DNA of 64,000 nt from Gemmatimonadota bacterium (GTDB taxonomy: Bacteria > Latescibacterota > UBA2968 > UBA8231), in the NCBI GenBank assembly GCA_038128265.1, contig JAYPJE010000024.1:1-64000 (forward strand), given 5' to 3'. The notes below the pieces were generated by a model, which worked only from the letters and a program-made list of their open reading frames with translations, was not told the origin of the DNA and did no database searches. This document shows positions 21,124 to 30,229 of the stretch, in pieces. A program made the position numbers and the translations under genes. Each line of letters begins with the position of its first letter. The first letter of the stretch is position 1.

Positions 21124-22908
21124 TTACGCCTGCGCGGGCTGCAGGCCCAGCAGCACGAGCAGCCAGGTGCGATGCCAGTAGGCGCTGTTGATATAGGGAT
21201 TGTCCTGCGACGGCCAGTTTGTCCAATACGTTTCGTTATGCGGAATGCGGTGATACCACTGCAGTATGGGGACCGAAGGCTGCTCCGCTAGCCAGATATC
21301 CATGGCCTGGCGAAAGAGTTCGACCAGCTGCGGGTCGTCGGGTGCGGTCTGTCCCATCAGGTCTACGAGCCGATCAAAATCCCCGTTGGACCAGCGCCAG
21401 AAGTGTTCGGCAGGCTGCCCCGTCGGCTTGACAAAGCGGCTGTGGTAGAGGCGCAGCGTAAAATAGGGATCGCGCACCGAACCAGCGTGTCCCTGCATAT
21501 AGGCGCGCGCTTCACCTTGCGACATCTGATCGTAGACGTCGGACAGCATGCGAAAGGAGGCGTCGAAACCCGCTTTTTGCAGCTGTGCAACCAGCACCTG
21601 GCCTATGTCGTTAAAGGCGCCAAAAATATTGATCGCCATGCGCACCGTTTGCCCATCTTTTTCCCACATGCCCCCGTCGTTTCGCACCCAACCATTCTGC
21701 TGCATCAGCATCGCGCTCCGGTCTAGGTCAAATGCACCTGCACCGTATTTTTCCAGCAGATCGGCAATTGCATCCGTATAGCGACGCAGCGGTGGAAAAT
21801 CGGGAAAAGGTAGTTTGGCCGTCGAACCGCTGCCCTGCCATGCGACCTCGACGAGCTGTTCACGGTCAATTGCAAAGCTAATGGCTCGGCGCACAACCGA
21901 TTCGGAAAAGGGCCATTCCTGCGCGTTAAAACCCAGGGCAATCGGCCACCAATCGAGATAGCCAAAAGGCGGCTGACGCCCGGTCCACGTAGTTAAGTTG
22001 GGGTTGCCCTCGACCATGGCGCGCACGTTGGGCGGTCGCGAATCGACGCAGGTATCTAGCGCGTTGGCCAATAGCAGCTGCACGCGCTTGGCCTCTTCTA
22101 CATAGGGCAGGAAAATCAGGCGCTCGACTTTCGGCAGGGATTGAAAGCCGATTTCGGCCGCCCACCAATCTGTGCGCACATCCCACACGCGCTGTTCGGT
22201 GCTAGACAACACCAGCGCATAGGGGCCGCTGACGACGGGCCAGCCTTGGGCCATGTCGAAGTTGGCAAATTCTTCAATGGTGCGACCCTGCCAAATGTGC
22301 TTGGGCACGATGGGCACGCCGTTGTCAAAATTGTGCGTGAAATAGGAAAAAATAAAGCGCGGGTTCGCCGCAGTGAGCGTTATATGCGCCGTATGATCAT
22401 CGACGGCCACGGCCTCTAGCACCCACGTTTCCATATCCGTGGAATAGAGCAGCGTTGGCGCGTTGTCCTTCAGCATATTGATGGTAAAGACCAGATCGTG
22501 CGCCGTCCAAGGCTGCCCGTCGCTCCAGCGCACGCCGTCTCGAATGCGCACCGTAACTTCGGTGTAGGCATCGTTGAACTCGTGTCCGGTAGCAATCCAG
22601 GGAATGATATTGTCGCCGCCTTCAGCGTAGGCATTGTAAAAGTAGAGCGGCTCGTAGAGAAACTGGTAGCCCGTGCGCGATACGCGACCCGGTATATAGG
22701 GGTTGAAGGTGTCGTAGTCCTTCATCTGCCCGGCACAAGTGCCCGGATCGACGCAGTCTATGATTAGCGTGCGATTGCGCGGCACCTGTGCCAAACGGCC
22801 GCTCTCTGCGGTGCCATCGGCTCGATCATCCACTCGCACCTGTTCGCTGCCGCCACAGGCAATTAGCGCAGCCGCGCACGCGACCCACATACACTCGTAT
22901 AGCTTCAT
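21124..22908 (-). CDS. ABC transporter family-5 substrate-binding lipoprotein (paralog 2)
   Basis: Lipobox LIAC, same motifs as 10880-12634. GGAGG upstream of ATG 22908. Confidence 0.9.
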   Translation of the reverse strand: MKLYECMWVACAAALIACGGSEQVRVDDRADGTAESGRLAQVPRNRTLIIDCVDPGTCAGQMKDYDTFNPYIPGRVSRTGYQFLYEPLYFYNAYAEGGDNIIPWIATGHEFNDAYTEVTVRIRDGVRWSDGQPWTAHDLVFTINMLKDNAPTLLYSTDMETWVLEAVAVDDHTAHITLTAANPRFIFSYFTHNFDNGVPIVPKHIWQGRTIEEFANFDMAQGWPVVSGPYALVLSSTEQRVWDVRTDWWAAEIGFQSLPKVERLIFLPYVEEAKRVQLLLANALDTCVDSRPPNVRAMVEGNPNLTTWTGRQPPFGYLDWWPIALGFNAQEWPFSESVVRRAISFAIDREQLVEVAWQGSGSTAKLPFPDFPPLRRYTDAIADLLEKYGAGAFDLDRSAMLMQQNGWVRNDGGMWEKDGQTVRMAINIFGAFNDIGQVLVAQLQKAGFDASFRMLSDVYDQMSQGEARAYMQGHAGSVRDPYFTLRLYHSRFVKPTGQPAEHFWRWSNGDFDRLVDLMGQTAPDDPQLVELFRQAMDIWLAEQPSVPILQWYHRIPHNETYWTNWPSQDNPYINSAYWHRTWLLVLLGLQPAQA

Positions 22909-22997
22909 TAGAACACTTCCTCCAAAATAGCAGAGTCGCCAATCGTGCACCGCCCTGCGATGCACACGGCACCCTCTGCAATCATAGCGAACACACC

Positions 22998-24302
22998 CTA
23001 TCGAGACCTGCGCTCGATTTGTGCTCCTAGCGCGCACAGGCGCTCATCTATTTTTTCGTAACCGCGGTCCAGTTCTTCGACGCCGCGTATAACCGAGCGT
23101 CCCGTAGCTAAAATAGCTGCAATCAGGTAGGTAAAACCGGCGCGGAGGTCGGGAATGACTATTTCTGCCCCTGCGAGTTTAGCTGGCCCGCGGATGACCG
23201 CGCTGTGGCGATGGCCGCTGGCAGCGAAGCGGCAGGTGTGGCCACCGAGACAGGTATCGTACACTTCGATATCCGCGCCCATCTTCTGCAGCTCGTGCAC
23301 GTAGACAAAGCGGTCTTCAAATACGGTCTCGTGCACCACGCTCATCCCATCGGCCTGCGTCAACAGGAGCGCAAAGGGCGGCTGCCAATCCGTCATAAAG
23401 CCCGGGTGCACCGTCGTCTCCACGGCGATTGAGCGCAGCGGGCCATCGCAAAAAAATCGAATGCCATCGCGCTGTACCTCAAAGCCGCCGCCGACGCGCC
23501 GCAGCGCATTCAGAAATGTCAGCATATCGCCCTGGCGCGCGCCGCGCACAAACAGATCGCCGCGCGAGGCCACTGCAGCCGCTCCCAGTGAGGCTGCCAC
23601 CAAGCGGTCCGGCATAATCTCGTGTGCGGCACCGCCTAGCGAGGAAACGCCTTCCACGACAAAGGTGCGGTCGGTCTGATAGTCGATAATGGCACCCATT
23701 TTCTGCAGGAACAGCGCCAGATCAACGACCTCCGGCTCAATGGCCGCGTTGCGAATAAAGGTGCGCCCCTTGGCCAAGGTGGCGGCCATCAGCAGATTTT
23801 CTGTCGCCGTTACGCTCGGATACGGCAGCGCAATATCGGCGCCCTGCAGCCCGTCGCTCTCCAAGTAATAGACGTCGTCGAGCGTTTCCACCCGCGCGCC
23901 CATACGCCGATAGCCCTCTAAGTGGAAGTCGACCGGACGCGGACCGATGCGATCGCCACCGGCTGCCGGCACCACGGCGCGACCGTGCCGGTGCAAAAGC
24001 GGCGCCAGCATCATAACCGAGAGGCGATTTTTCACCGCCAGCGCCTCGGGGACAGCGGCCACGGAAATACGCGGCGTTTGCACGTCGAGCCGCTGGTCTG
24101 CATGCGCCTGGCAGCGCGCACCCAACGCCTCGCACATGCGCTTTGTTATTTCTGTATCACCGATCGTCGGCACGTTGGAAAAACTGCACTGCTCGGCCGT
24201 CAGCATACTCGCCGTTAGCAGCTTGCTCACCGAGTTCTTAGCCCCTGCCACATCAATTTCACCGCGCAGCGGCGTAGGCCCTTCTACAATCAGTTCGTCC
24301 AT
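22998..24302 (-). CDS. murA: UDP-N-acetylglucosamine 1-carboxyvinyltransferase
   Basis: GAKN, GGDRIGPRPVDFH, PSVTATENL, NAAIEPEV, PGFMTDWQ, ETVFEDRF, PDLRAG, DRGYE. Confidence 0.96.
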   Translation of the reverse strand: MDELIVEGPTPLRGEIDVAGAKNSVSKLLTASMLTAEQCSFSNVPTIGDTEITKRMCEALGARCQAHADQRLDVQTPRISVAAVPEALAVKNRLSVMMLAPLLHRHGRAVVPAAGGDRIGPRPVDFHLEGYRRMGARVETLDDVYYLESDGLQGADIALPYPSVTATENLLMAATLAKGRTFIRNAAIEPEVVDLALFLQKMGAIIDYQTDRTFVVEGVSSLGGAAHEIMPDRLVAASLGAAAVASRGDLFVRGARQGDMLTFLNALRRVGGGFEVQRDGIRFFCDGPLRSIAVETTVHPGFMTDWQPPFALLLTQADGMSVVHETVFEDRFVYVHELQKMGADIEVYDTCLGGHTCRFAASGHRHSAVIRGPAKLAGAEIVIPDLRAGFTYLIAAILATGRSVIRGVEELDRGYEKIDERLCALGAQIERRSR

Positions 24303-24415
24303 AGCTCATCCATCCGACAATGGCGTTCGATACCTGTATATGACGCGCCAGCAGGCGTCAATATAGGTTGCCTAACTGTGCCCTACAATCGCATGCAATG
24401 ATTCGACTGCGCCTA

Positions 24416-24450
24416 TAGAAAGAGCGGAGTACCCATAGGGCACTCCGCTC
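24416..24450 (-). terminator. Probable terminator after SBP paralog 3
   Basis: Minus-strand stem GAGCGGAGTGCCC/GGGTACTCCGCTC (one G-U) followed by TTTCT. Confidence 0.65.
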
Positions 24451-24482
24451 CACCTCCCAACACCGCTTCGAAACGCTGTCTA

Positions 24483-26231
24483 CTACCCCTGCGTCGGTTC
24501 CAATCCCAGCAGGACCAGCAGCCAAGTATTGTGCCAGTAGGCGCTGTTGATGTAGGCGTTATCCGCCGTCGGCCAGTTTTTCCAGTAGGTCTCATTTTGC
24601 GGTATGCGATGATACCACTGCACCAACGGAATGGAGGGCAGTTCGCTCAGCCAGATCTCCATGGCTTGGCGAAAGAGCTCCTGTAGCTCGGGATCGTCGG
24701 GCGACGTCTGCCCCATCTTATCGACGACGGCATCGTACTCTGGGTTAGACCAGCGCCAAAAGCGCTCGGCATGCGTGCCGGTGGGCTGCACAAAACGGCT
24801 GTGATATAGACGCAATGTGAAGTAGGGGTCGCGGACCGAACCACCGTTGCCCATCATATAGGCCCGCGCCGTGCCCTGCGCCATGCGCGAAAAGGTATCG
24901 GAAGTCAGGCGAAACGAGGCGTCAATGCCGGCGCGCTTCAGCTGCGCGACTAGGACCGGAGCCAGGTCGTTAAAGATACCGAATATATCGACGACCATCG
25001 TCAGGCGTTCACCGTCTTTGCTCCAAAACCCTTCGCCGTCTTTGCTCCATCCCTTGCGCTGCAGGATCTCGGCAGTCTTGGACGGATCGTAGACGCCAAT
25101 CTCATACTTCTCAATAAGGTCCTGAATCCCATTTGTATACTGGCGAATTGGGGGAAAGTTGGGCAGCGGCAGGTGCGAAGACGTGCCGGCTCCCTGCCAG
25201 CCGATTTCAACCAGCTGGTCGCGGTCGATGGCATAGTTAACCGCGCGACGAACCTCCGGATCGCTAAAGGGCGGTTCCAGATTATTGAAACCTAAACACA
25301 CGGGCCACCAATCGAGATAACCGTGCGGCAGCTCTTTACCCGTCCAAGTCGATACGGCCGGGTTGGCATCGAGAATGGATTTGATATTGGGCGGGCGCAG
25401 GTCAAGGCTCGTATCCATCGCATTGGCGATGATATTCTGCACGCGCTTGCTCTCCTCCATGTAGGGCAGATAGATCAGACGCTCCACCTTCGGCAATTCG
25501 CGAAAGCCAATTTTGGCCGCCCACCAATCGCTGCGCACATCCCATACGCGCTGCTCAGGCGAAGAGATCGCCATCTTGTAGGGACCGCTGACAATGGGCC
25601 AGCCTTGAGCCATATCGAAGTTGCTAAAACTCTCCGGATCTTTGCCCTCCCAGATGTGCTTGGGAACGAGCGGGACGCCGTTGTCAAAATTGTTGGTAAA
25701 ATAGGAAAACACAAAACGCGGATTGGAAGCAGTCAGTTCGATTTGCGCCGTGTAGTCATCGACGGCGACCGCACTTTTCACCCACGTTTGCATATCGGTG
25801 GAGAAGTTTAAGCTCGGTGCATGCTCCCTGAGCATATTGATCGTAAAGACCAAATCGTGCGCCGTCCACGGCTGGCCGTCGCTCCACTCTACGCCCTTGC
25901 GAATGTTGACGGTAACCGCCGTGTAGTCGCTGTTGTACTGGTGGCCGGTGGCAATCCAGGGAATAATATTATTACCCCCTTCGGCGTAGGCGTTGTAGAA
26001 GTAGAGCGGCTCGTATACAAAGTTCCAGCCCGTCTTGGTCGTACCCGTCAGCAGAAAGGGATTGAACGATGCGTAGTCTTTGAACTGGCCGCTGCAGTCC
26101 TGCTGACCCGAACAGTCGGATATGAACGTGCGATTGCGCGGCACGCTGCCGCTCTGACCACCACCGCCGCAGCCGTAGAACGCCATGACGGATGCCAACA
26201 CAAGCACGGCGCTCGATATTGATTTTTTCAT
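24483..26231 (-). CDS. ABC transporter family-5 substrate-binding lipoprotein (paralog 3, in operon with permeases)
   Basis: Lipobox FYGC, VYEPLY, WSDGQPWTAHDLVFT, YWKNWP. GAGG RBS. Confidence 0.92.
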   Translation of the reverse strand: MKKSISSAVLVLASVMAFYGCGGGGQSGSVPRNRTFISDCSGQQDCSGQFKDYASFNPFLLTGTTKTGWNFVYEPLYFYNAYAEGGNNIIPWIATGHQYNSDYTAVTVNIRKGVEWSDGQPWTAHDLVFTINMLREHAPSLNFSTDMQTWVKSAVAVDDYTAQIELTASNPRFVFSYFTNNFDNGVPLVPKHIWEGKDPESFSNFDMAQGWPIVSGPYKMAISSPEQRVWDVRSDWWAAKIGFRELPKVERLIYLPYMEESKRVQNIIANAMDTSLDLRPPNIKSILDANPAVSTWTGKELPHGYLDWWPVCLGFNNLEPPFSDPEVRRAVNYAIDRDQLVEIGWQGAGTSSHLPLPNFPPIRQYTNGIQDLIEKYEIGVYDPSKTAEILQRKGWSKDGEGFWSKDGERLTMVVDIFGIFNDLAPVLVAQLKRAGIDASFRLTSDTFSRMAQGTARAYMMGNGGSVRDPYFTLRLYHSRFVQPTGTHAERFWRWSNPEYDAVVDKMGQTSPDDPELQELFRQAMEIWLSELPSIPLVQWYHRIPQNETYWKNWPTADNAYINSAYWHNTWLLVLLGLEPTQG

Positions 26232-26245
26232 GTTCTTTACCTCGC

Positions 26246-27277
26246 TTACTTTTCGCTGAAAAGCTGCGTTAAATCGCCGTTCTCCAGCGCCTGCTCTTCG
26301 TCAAAGAGAAAACACGACGCTGCGCGCCCCGTGCCGCTGCGGAATAGCGGGGGCTGCGCGCTGCACTTTTCCATCGCGTGTGGACAGCGCGGCGCATAGC
26401 GACAGCCGGCGACGGGCTCCTCAACTTCGGCCTCGTCAACCACCTTCTCCTCAATTTCTTCTTCTATCCAGGCACTGCCCGGATCGGGCACGGGAATGGA
26501 GTGAATCAGCTCGCGCGTGTAGGGATGCTGTGGATCTTTAATAACCCGTTCCACATTGCCGGCCTCGGCCACCGTGCCGTGATAGAGCACGACGATATTT
26601 TCGCTCACCTGATAGGCTGTCGTTAAGTCGTGCGTGATGTAAACAAAGGAAATGTTGAAATCGCGGTAGAGCTTGTGCAGGCTGGCTAGAATGGTCGCGC
26701 GAAGCGAAGCGTCGACCATAGACACCGGTTCATCGGCAATGATCAGCTTGGGCTTGAGCAGCAGCGCGCGCGCAATCGTAATGCGCTGGCGCTGGCCACC
26801 GGACAGCTGGTGCGGATAGCGTCCCAGCGTCTCTTCCGGGCGCAGCCCCACCGTGCGCAAGGCGACGTCGATCTGCTCGCGCGCCTCGGCCTGCGAAGCG
26901 GCCAAACCAAACTTCTCGATGGGGGTCGTCAGAATGTGATCAACCTTGTAAAACGGGTTGTACACTTCAAAGGGGTCTTGAAAAATGGCCTGCACGTCCT
27001 GGCGGAACGAGCGCGTGCCACTTTTGTCGAGCGTGCGCAGATCGCGGCCGTTGTAAAGCACTTCGCCGGCGCTCGGATTGATGACGCCGAGCAGCATCCG
27101 CGCAATCGTCGTCTTACCGCTGCCCGACTCGCCGGCAATGGTTGTAAACGAAGGCGTGTCGGCGTCGATAGTCAGGGTGAAGTCATCGACGGCCACCGTT
27201 TGCTTATCGTCGGCAAACAGTCCGCCGCCGCCCGAAAAAACCTTGCGGATATGGCGCGCCTCAAGAAGCGGTGGCAT
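26246..27277 (-). CDS. Opp/Dpp-type ABC ATPase (OppF-like)
   Basis: GESGSGKTT, YPHQLSGGQRQR, ADEP, HPYT, C-terminal Cys cluster. Confidence 0.93.
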   Translation of the reverse strand: MPPLLEARHIRKVFSGGGGLFADDKQTVAVDDFTLTIDADTPSFTTIAGESGSGKTTIARMLLGVINPSAGEVLYNGRDLRTLDKSGTRSFRQDVQAIFQDPFEVYNPFYKVDHILTTPIEKFGLAASQAEAREQIDVALRTVGLRPEETLGRYPHQLSGGQRQRITIARALLLKPKLIIADEPVSMVDASLRATILASLHKLYRDFNISFVYITHDLTTAYQVSENIVVLYHGTVAEAGNVERVIKDPQHPYTRELIHSIPVPDPGSAWIEEEIEEKVVDEAEVEEPVAGCRYAPRCPHAMEKCSAQPPLFRSGTGRAASCFLFDEEQALENGDLTQLFSEK

Positions 27278-28265
27278 CGCGCTCCTCCTCGTGCAGCAAA
27301 CAGGAGGCCCACTGGTCTGGGGACACCTCCTTCAACGTCGGTTCGCGCTGCGCACAGAGCTCGGTAGCCTTGGGACAGCGCGGGTGAAAAAGGCAGCCCG
27401 ACGGCGGATCGAGCAGCGACAAACCAACGCCGGGAATGCCCTTGAATTCGCCGCGCGTCTCAAACGATGGAATGCTCGATATGAGCAGCTGCGTGTAGGG
27501 ATGCTGCGGGTTGCGGAAAATGTCGGAAACCGGGCCCACTTCGACGAGCTTGCCGCCGTACATGATGCCGACGCGCTCGGCAAACTGCGCCATCAATCCC
27601 ATGTCGTGACCAACTAGTAGCACCGTAGCGTCGAGATCGAGCTGCAGCTGGCGCAGCGTCTGCATGATTTGCCGCTGCACGACGACGTCAAGCGCCGACG
27701 TTGGCTCGTCGGCCAGAATAAGCTGCGGATTGAGGCAGATGGCCTGCGCGATACAGGCGCGCTGCTTCATGCCACCGCTCAATTCGTGCGGATAGAGCTG
27801 GGCCGCTTCCGGCTTGAGGCCCACTTTGTCCAGCAGCACCTCAACGCGCCCCATGAGCTCGTTCTTTTCGCCCACTTCGCCGTGCTCGCGCATCGTCAGC
27901 ACCATTTGATCGCCGATGCGAATTACCGGATTGAGCGAATTCATCGCGCCCTGCGGCACCATGGCCACGCGCTTGAGGCGCGTTTGGCGCACCTGCTCTC
28001 TATCAAGGGCCAATAGGTCCGTTCCATCGTCGAGAACCGCCCTACCTCCGGCGATAAAACCGGGCGTCTTGATCATGCGCAGCAGCGCCAAAATCATCGT
28101 TGTCTTGCCGCTGCCCGACTCGCCAACCAGCCCAAAGCGCTCGCCTTTGTAAAGCGTTAAGTCCACCTCGTTTACGGCGCGCGCAATGCCGCGACGCGTC
28201 TCGAAGTGCACCTCCAGCCCGCTTATATCGAGCAGCACATCTCTCTTTTCGGCGCGCTCGCTCAT
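27261..28265 (-). CDS. Opp/Dpp-type ABC ATPase (OppD-like)
   Basis: GESGSGKTT, YPHELSGGMKQR, ADEPTSALDV, HPYT, GCLFHPRC. Confidence 0.93.
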   Translation of the reverse strand: MSERAEKRDVLLDISGLEVHFETRRGIARAVNEVDLTLYKGERFGLVGESGSGKTTMILALLRMIKTPGFIAGGRAVLDDGTDLLALDREQVRQTRLKRVAMVPQGAMNSLNPVIRIGDQMVLTMREHGEVGEKNELMGRVEVLLDKVGLKPEAAQLYPHELSGGMKQRACIAQAICLNPQLILADEPTSALDVVVQRQIMQTLRQLQLDLDATVLLVGHDMGLMAQFAERVGIMYGGKLVEVGPVSDIFRNPQHPYTQLLISSIPSFETRGEFKGIPGVGLSLLDPPSGCLFHPRCPKATELCAQREPTLKEVSPDQWASCLLHEEERDATAS

Positions 28266-29119
28266 ACGGCTTTCCGCTGTTTGGGATTGGCCAGCTCATC
28301 GAGTCCGACGGCAATCATTAGCAGACCGACGAAAATCAGCCCGATAAAGGCAATGGGGATAGCCCACCACCACCACATACCGCGAATCAGCGCACTAAAG
28401 GTAATGGCCCAGTAAATCGTCATACCGACGGTCGGGTCGTTCTGCGGCCCCAGTCCAAGAGCCTCTAGGCCAATGGACGAGAGAATGGCCCAGTTGACCG
28501 CGTTGGCGAACTGCGCTGCCAGATAGGGCAGCAGATTGGGAAACAGCTCTTTCCAGATGATCTCGGCGTTGCTCATGCCGTTGAGCTTGGCCATTTGCAC
28601 GTAGGCGCGCTCGCGCATGCTCAACACCTGCGAACGAATGACGCGCGTCGGCCACATCCAGGCCAGCGAGGCTACGACCAGCGCCATAATATTGACGCTG
28701 ATCTCCTCGCGGATCGTCGAGGCGATCGACACCAACACGACCAGCCCGGGCACGGTCAGCAGCGTATCGACGACGCCGCGCACAGCCGTGTCGAACTTGC
28801 CGCCGAGATAGCCACTGGTAAAGCCGAGAAAGATGCCCAACCCCAAGCCAACCGCGCCGGCCAGCAGGCCAATGCGCATGGTTAGCGGCACGCCGACGAC
28901 CATGACGGATAGCAGGTCGCGCCCCGAGTCATCCGTGCCAAAGGGATGCTCCCACGAAGGCTCCATGCGCGGCGTCGTCGACAGCGGCTGCGCCAACGAG
29001 GTGTCGACAAAGAGCGGGCCGAGCAGGCCAAACAGCACGATGATGGAGACCATGATAAAGCCAACCGCCAACATCGGGCTTTCGCGCAGATAGTAGAGAA
29101 TCTGGTTGAACCGCTGCAT
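28262..29119 (-). CDS. Opp/Dpp-type ABC permease (OppC-like)
   Basis: HPFGTDDSGRD, EAA-loop-like YVQMAKLNG, TM helices. Confidence 0.92.
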   Translation of the reverse strand: MQRFNQILYYLRESPMLAVGFIMVSIIVLFGLLGPLFVDTSLAQPLSTTPRMEPSWEHPFGTDDSGRDLLSVMVVGVPLTMRIGLLAGAVGLGLGIFLGFTSGYLGGKFDTAVRGVVDTLLTVPGLVVLVSIASTIREEISVNIMALVVASLAWMWPTRVIRSQVLSMRERAYVQMAKLNGMSNAEIIWKELFPNLLPYLAAQFANAVNWAILSSIGLEALGLGPQNDPTVGMTIYWAITFSALIRGMWWWWAIPIAFIGLIFVGLLMIAVGLDELANPKQRKAV

Positions 29120-29120
29120 A

Positions 29121-30131
29121 TCAGTTCTGCTTGCCGTGTGAGATCCGCGGATCGAGCAGCGGGTAGAGAAAGTCCATTAGCATCGTAACCAAACCGATGG
29201 ACATGATGAGAATGAGCACAACGCCGTTAATCACGGTGTAGTCGGATGACTGGATCGCCTGAAAGAGCACCGTGCCAATACCGGGATAGGCGAAGATCAC
29301 CTCGACAATTACCTGACCGGCTACGACGTTGGCCAGCGATAGGCCCAGCGCCGTGAACTGGGGCAGCATGGCGTTGCGCAAACCGTAGCGGAAAAAGATG
29401 GTGCGGTTGCGCAGGCCGTTGGCCTCGGCTAGCGTGACGTAGTCTTCGCCCGACGTGGTGACCATCATGCCGCGCATGCCCAGCGCCCAAAACCCCACCG
29501 CCTGCAGCACGATGGCCAGCGCCGGCAGTATGGAGTGATGCAGCACGTCCAAATAGAAGTCGACGCTGGCGATGGCCAACATACCCGGGGAGTAGCCACC
29601 CGAAAGGGGAAACCACTGCATCTTGAGGCCCAGTATGTAGAGCACGATCAGTCCCAATAGGTAGGGGGGGATCGCCGAAAGCGTCATAAAGGGAACGGCC
29701 AGTCGGCGCACCCAGGGCGGTGCGTTGGGCCAAGCCGAGAGCGCCCCCATCAGCGTGCCGAGGGCAAAGCCGATCAGCACGGAAATAACCATCAGACCAA
29801 TCGTCCAGGGAATGGCATTGCCAATCATCTGACCGACGCGCGCCGGATAGTTGGCCAGCGAGTAGCCCAAATCGAGGGTAAAGGTGTCGCCGAGAAAGTT
29901 TAGATACTGGATGTAGAGCGGCTTGTCGAGACCAAACTTGGCCTGGTAGGCCTTAACCATTGCCTCAATGCCGTCCTGCCGCAGACCGCCACTAGCCGCT
30001 AGCTGTCCCAGCTTCTCGCGAATGGGATCGCGCCCCGTGCCCAGGCGAGGCACAAAGAAATTGACGCTGGCGGCAGCCCATACGACAACGAGAAAGAGGG
30101 CCACGCGTTTTACGACAAAGTTCCAGTTCAT
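29121..30131 (-). CDS. Opp/Dpp-type ABC permease (OppB-like)
   Basis: FGLDKPLYIQY..DLGYS, EDYVTLAEANGL, RNAMLP, VEVIFAYPGIG, LDPRI. Confidence 0.92.
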   Translation of the reverse strand: MNWNFVVKRVALFLVVVWAAASVNFFVPRLGTGRDPIREKLGQLAASGGLRQDGIEAMVKAYQAKFGLDKPLYIQYLNFLGDTFTLDLGYSLANYPARVGQMIGNAIPWTIGLMVISVLIGFALGTLMGALSAWPNAPPWVRRLAVPFMTLSAIPPYLLGLIVLYILGLKMQWFPLSGGYSPGMLAIASVDFYLDVLHHSILPALAIVLQAVGFWALGMRGMMVTTSGEDYVTLAEANGLRNRTIFFRYGLRNAMLPQFTALGLSLANVVAGQVIVEVIFAYPGIGTVLFQAIQSSDYTVINGVVLILIMSIGLVTMLMDFLYPLLDPRISHGKQN

Positions 30132-30189
30132 TCGAGTCGGCTGTTATGGTTGGGAATGGCCATGGGCCACGGCAAAAACGGAAGGCGAT

Positions 30190-30229
30190 AAATTACCGTA
30201 GAGGCGCTACCCTGTCAAATAAGTTTGAC
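30190..30229 (-). promoter_or_regulatory. Putative sigma70 promoter of the ABC operon with overlapping inverted repeat
   Basis: Minus strand TTGACA (30218-30213)-N17-TAATTT. GTCAAA-taag-TTTGAC palindrome at 30214-30229. Confidence 0.55.

Noticed and set aside
24337..24365. TGACGC-N8-GCGTCA inverted repeat / promoter upstream of murA
   Set aside because: The arms are short and the -35/-10 spacing (15 nt) is poor, so it cannot be distinguished from chance.
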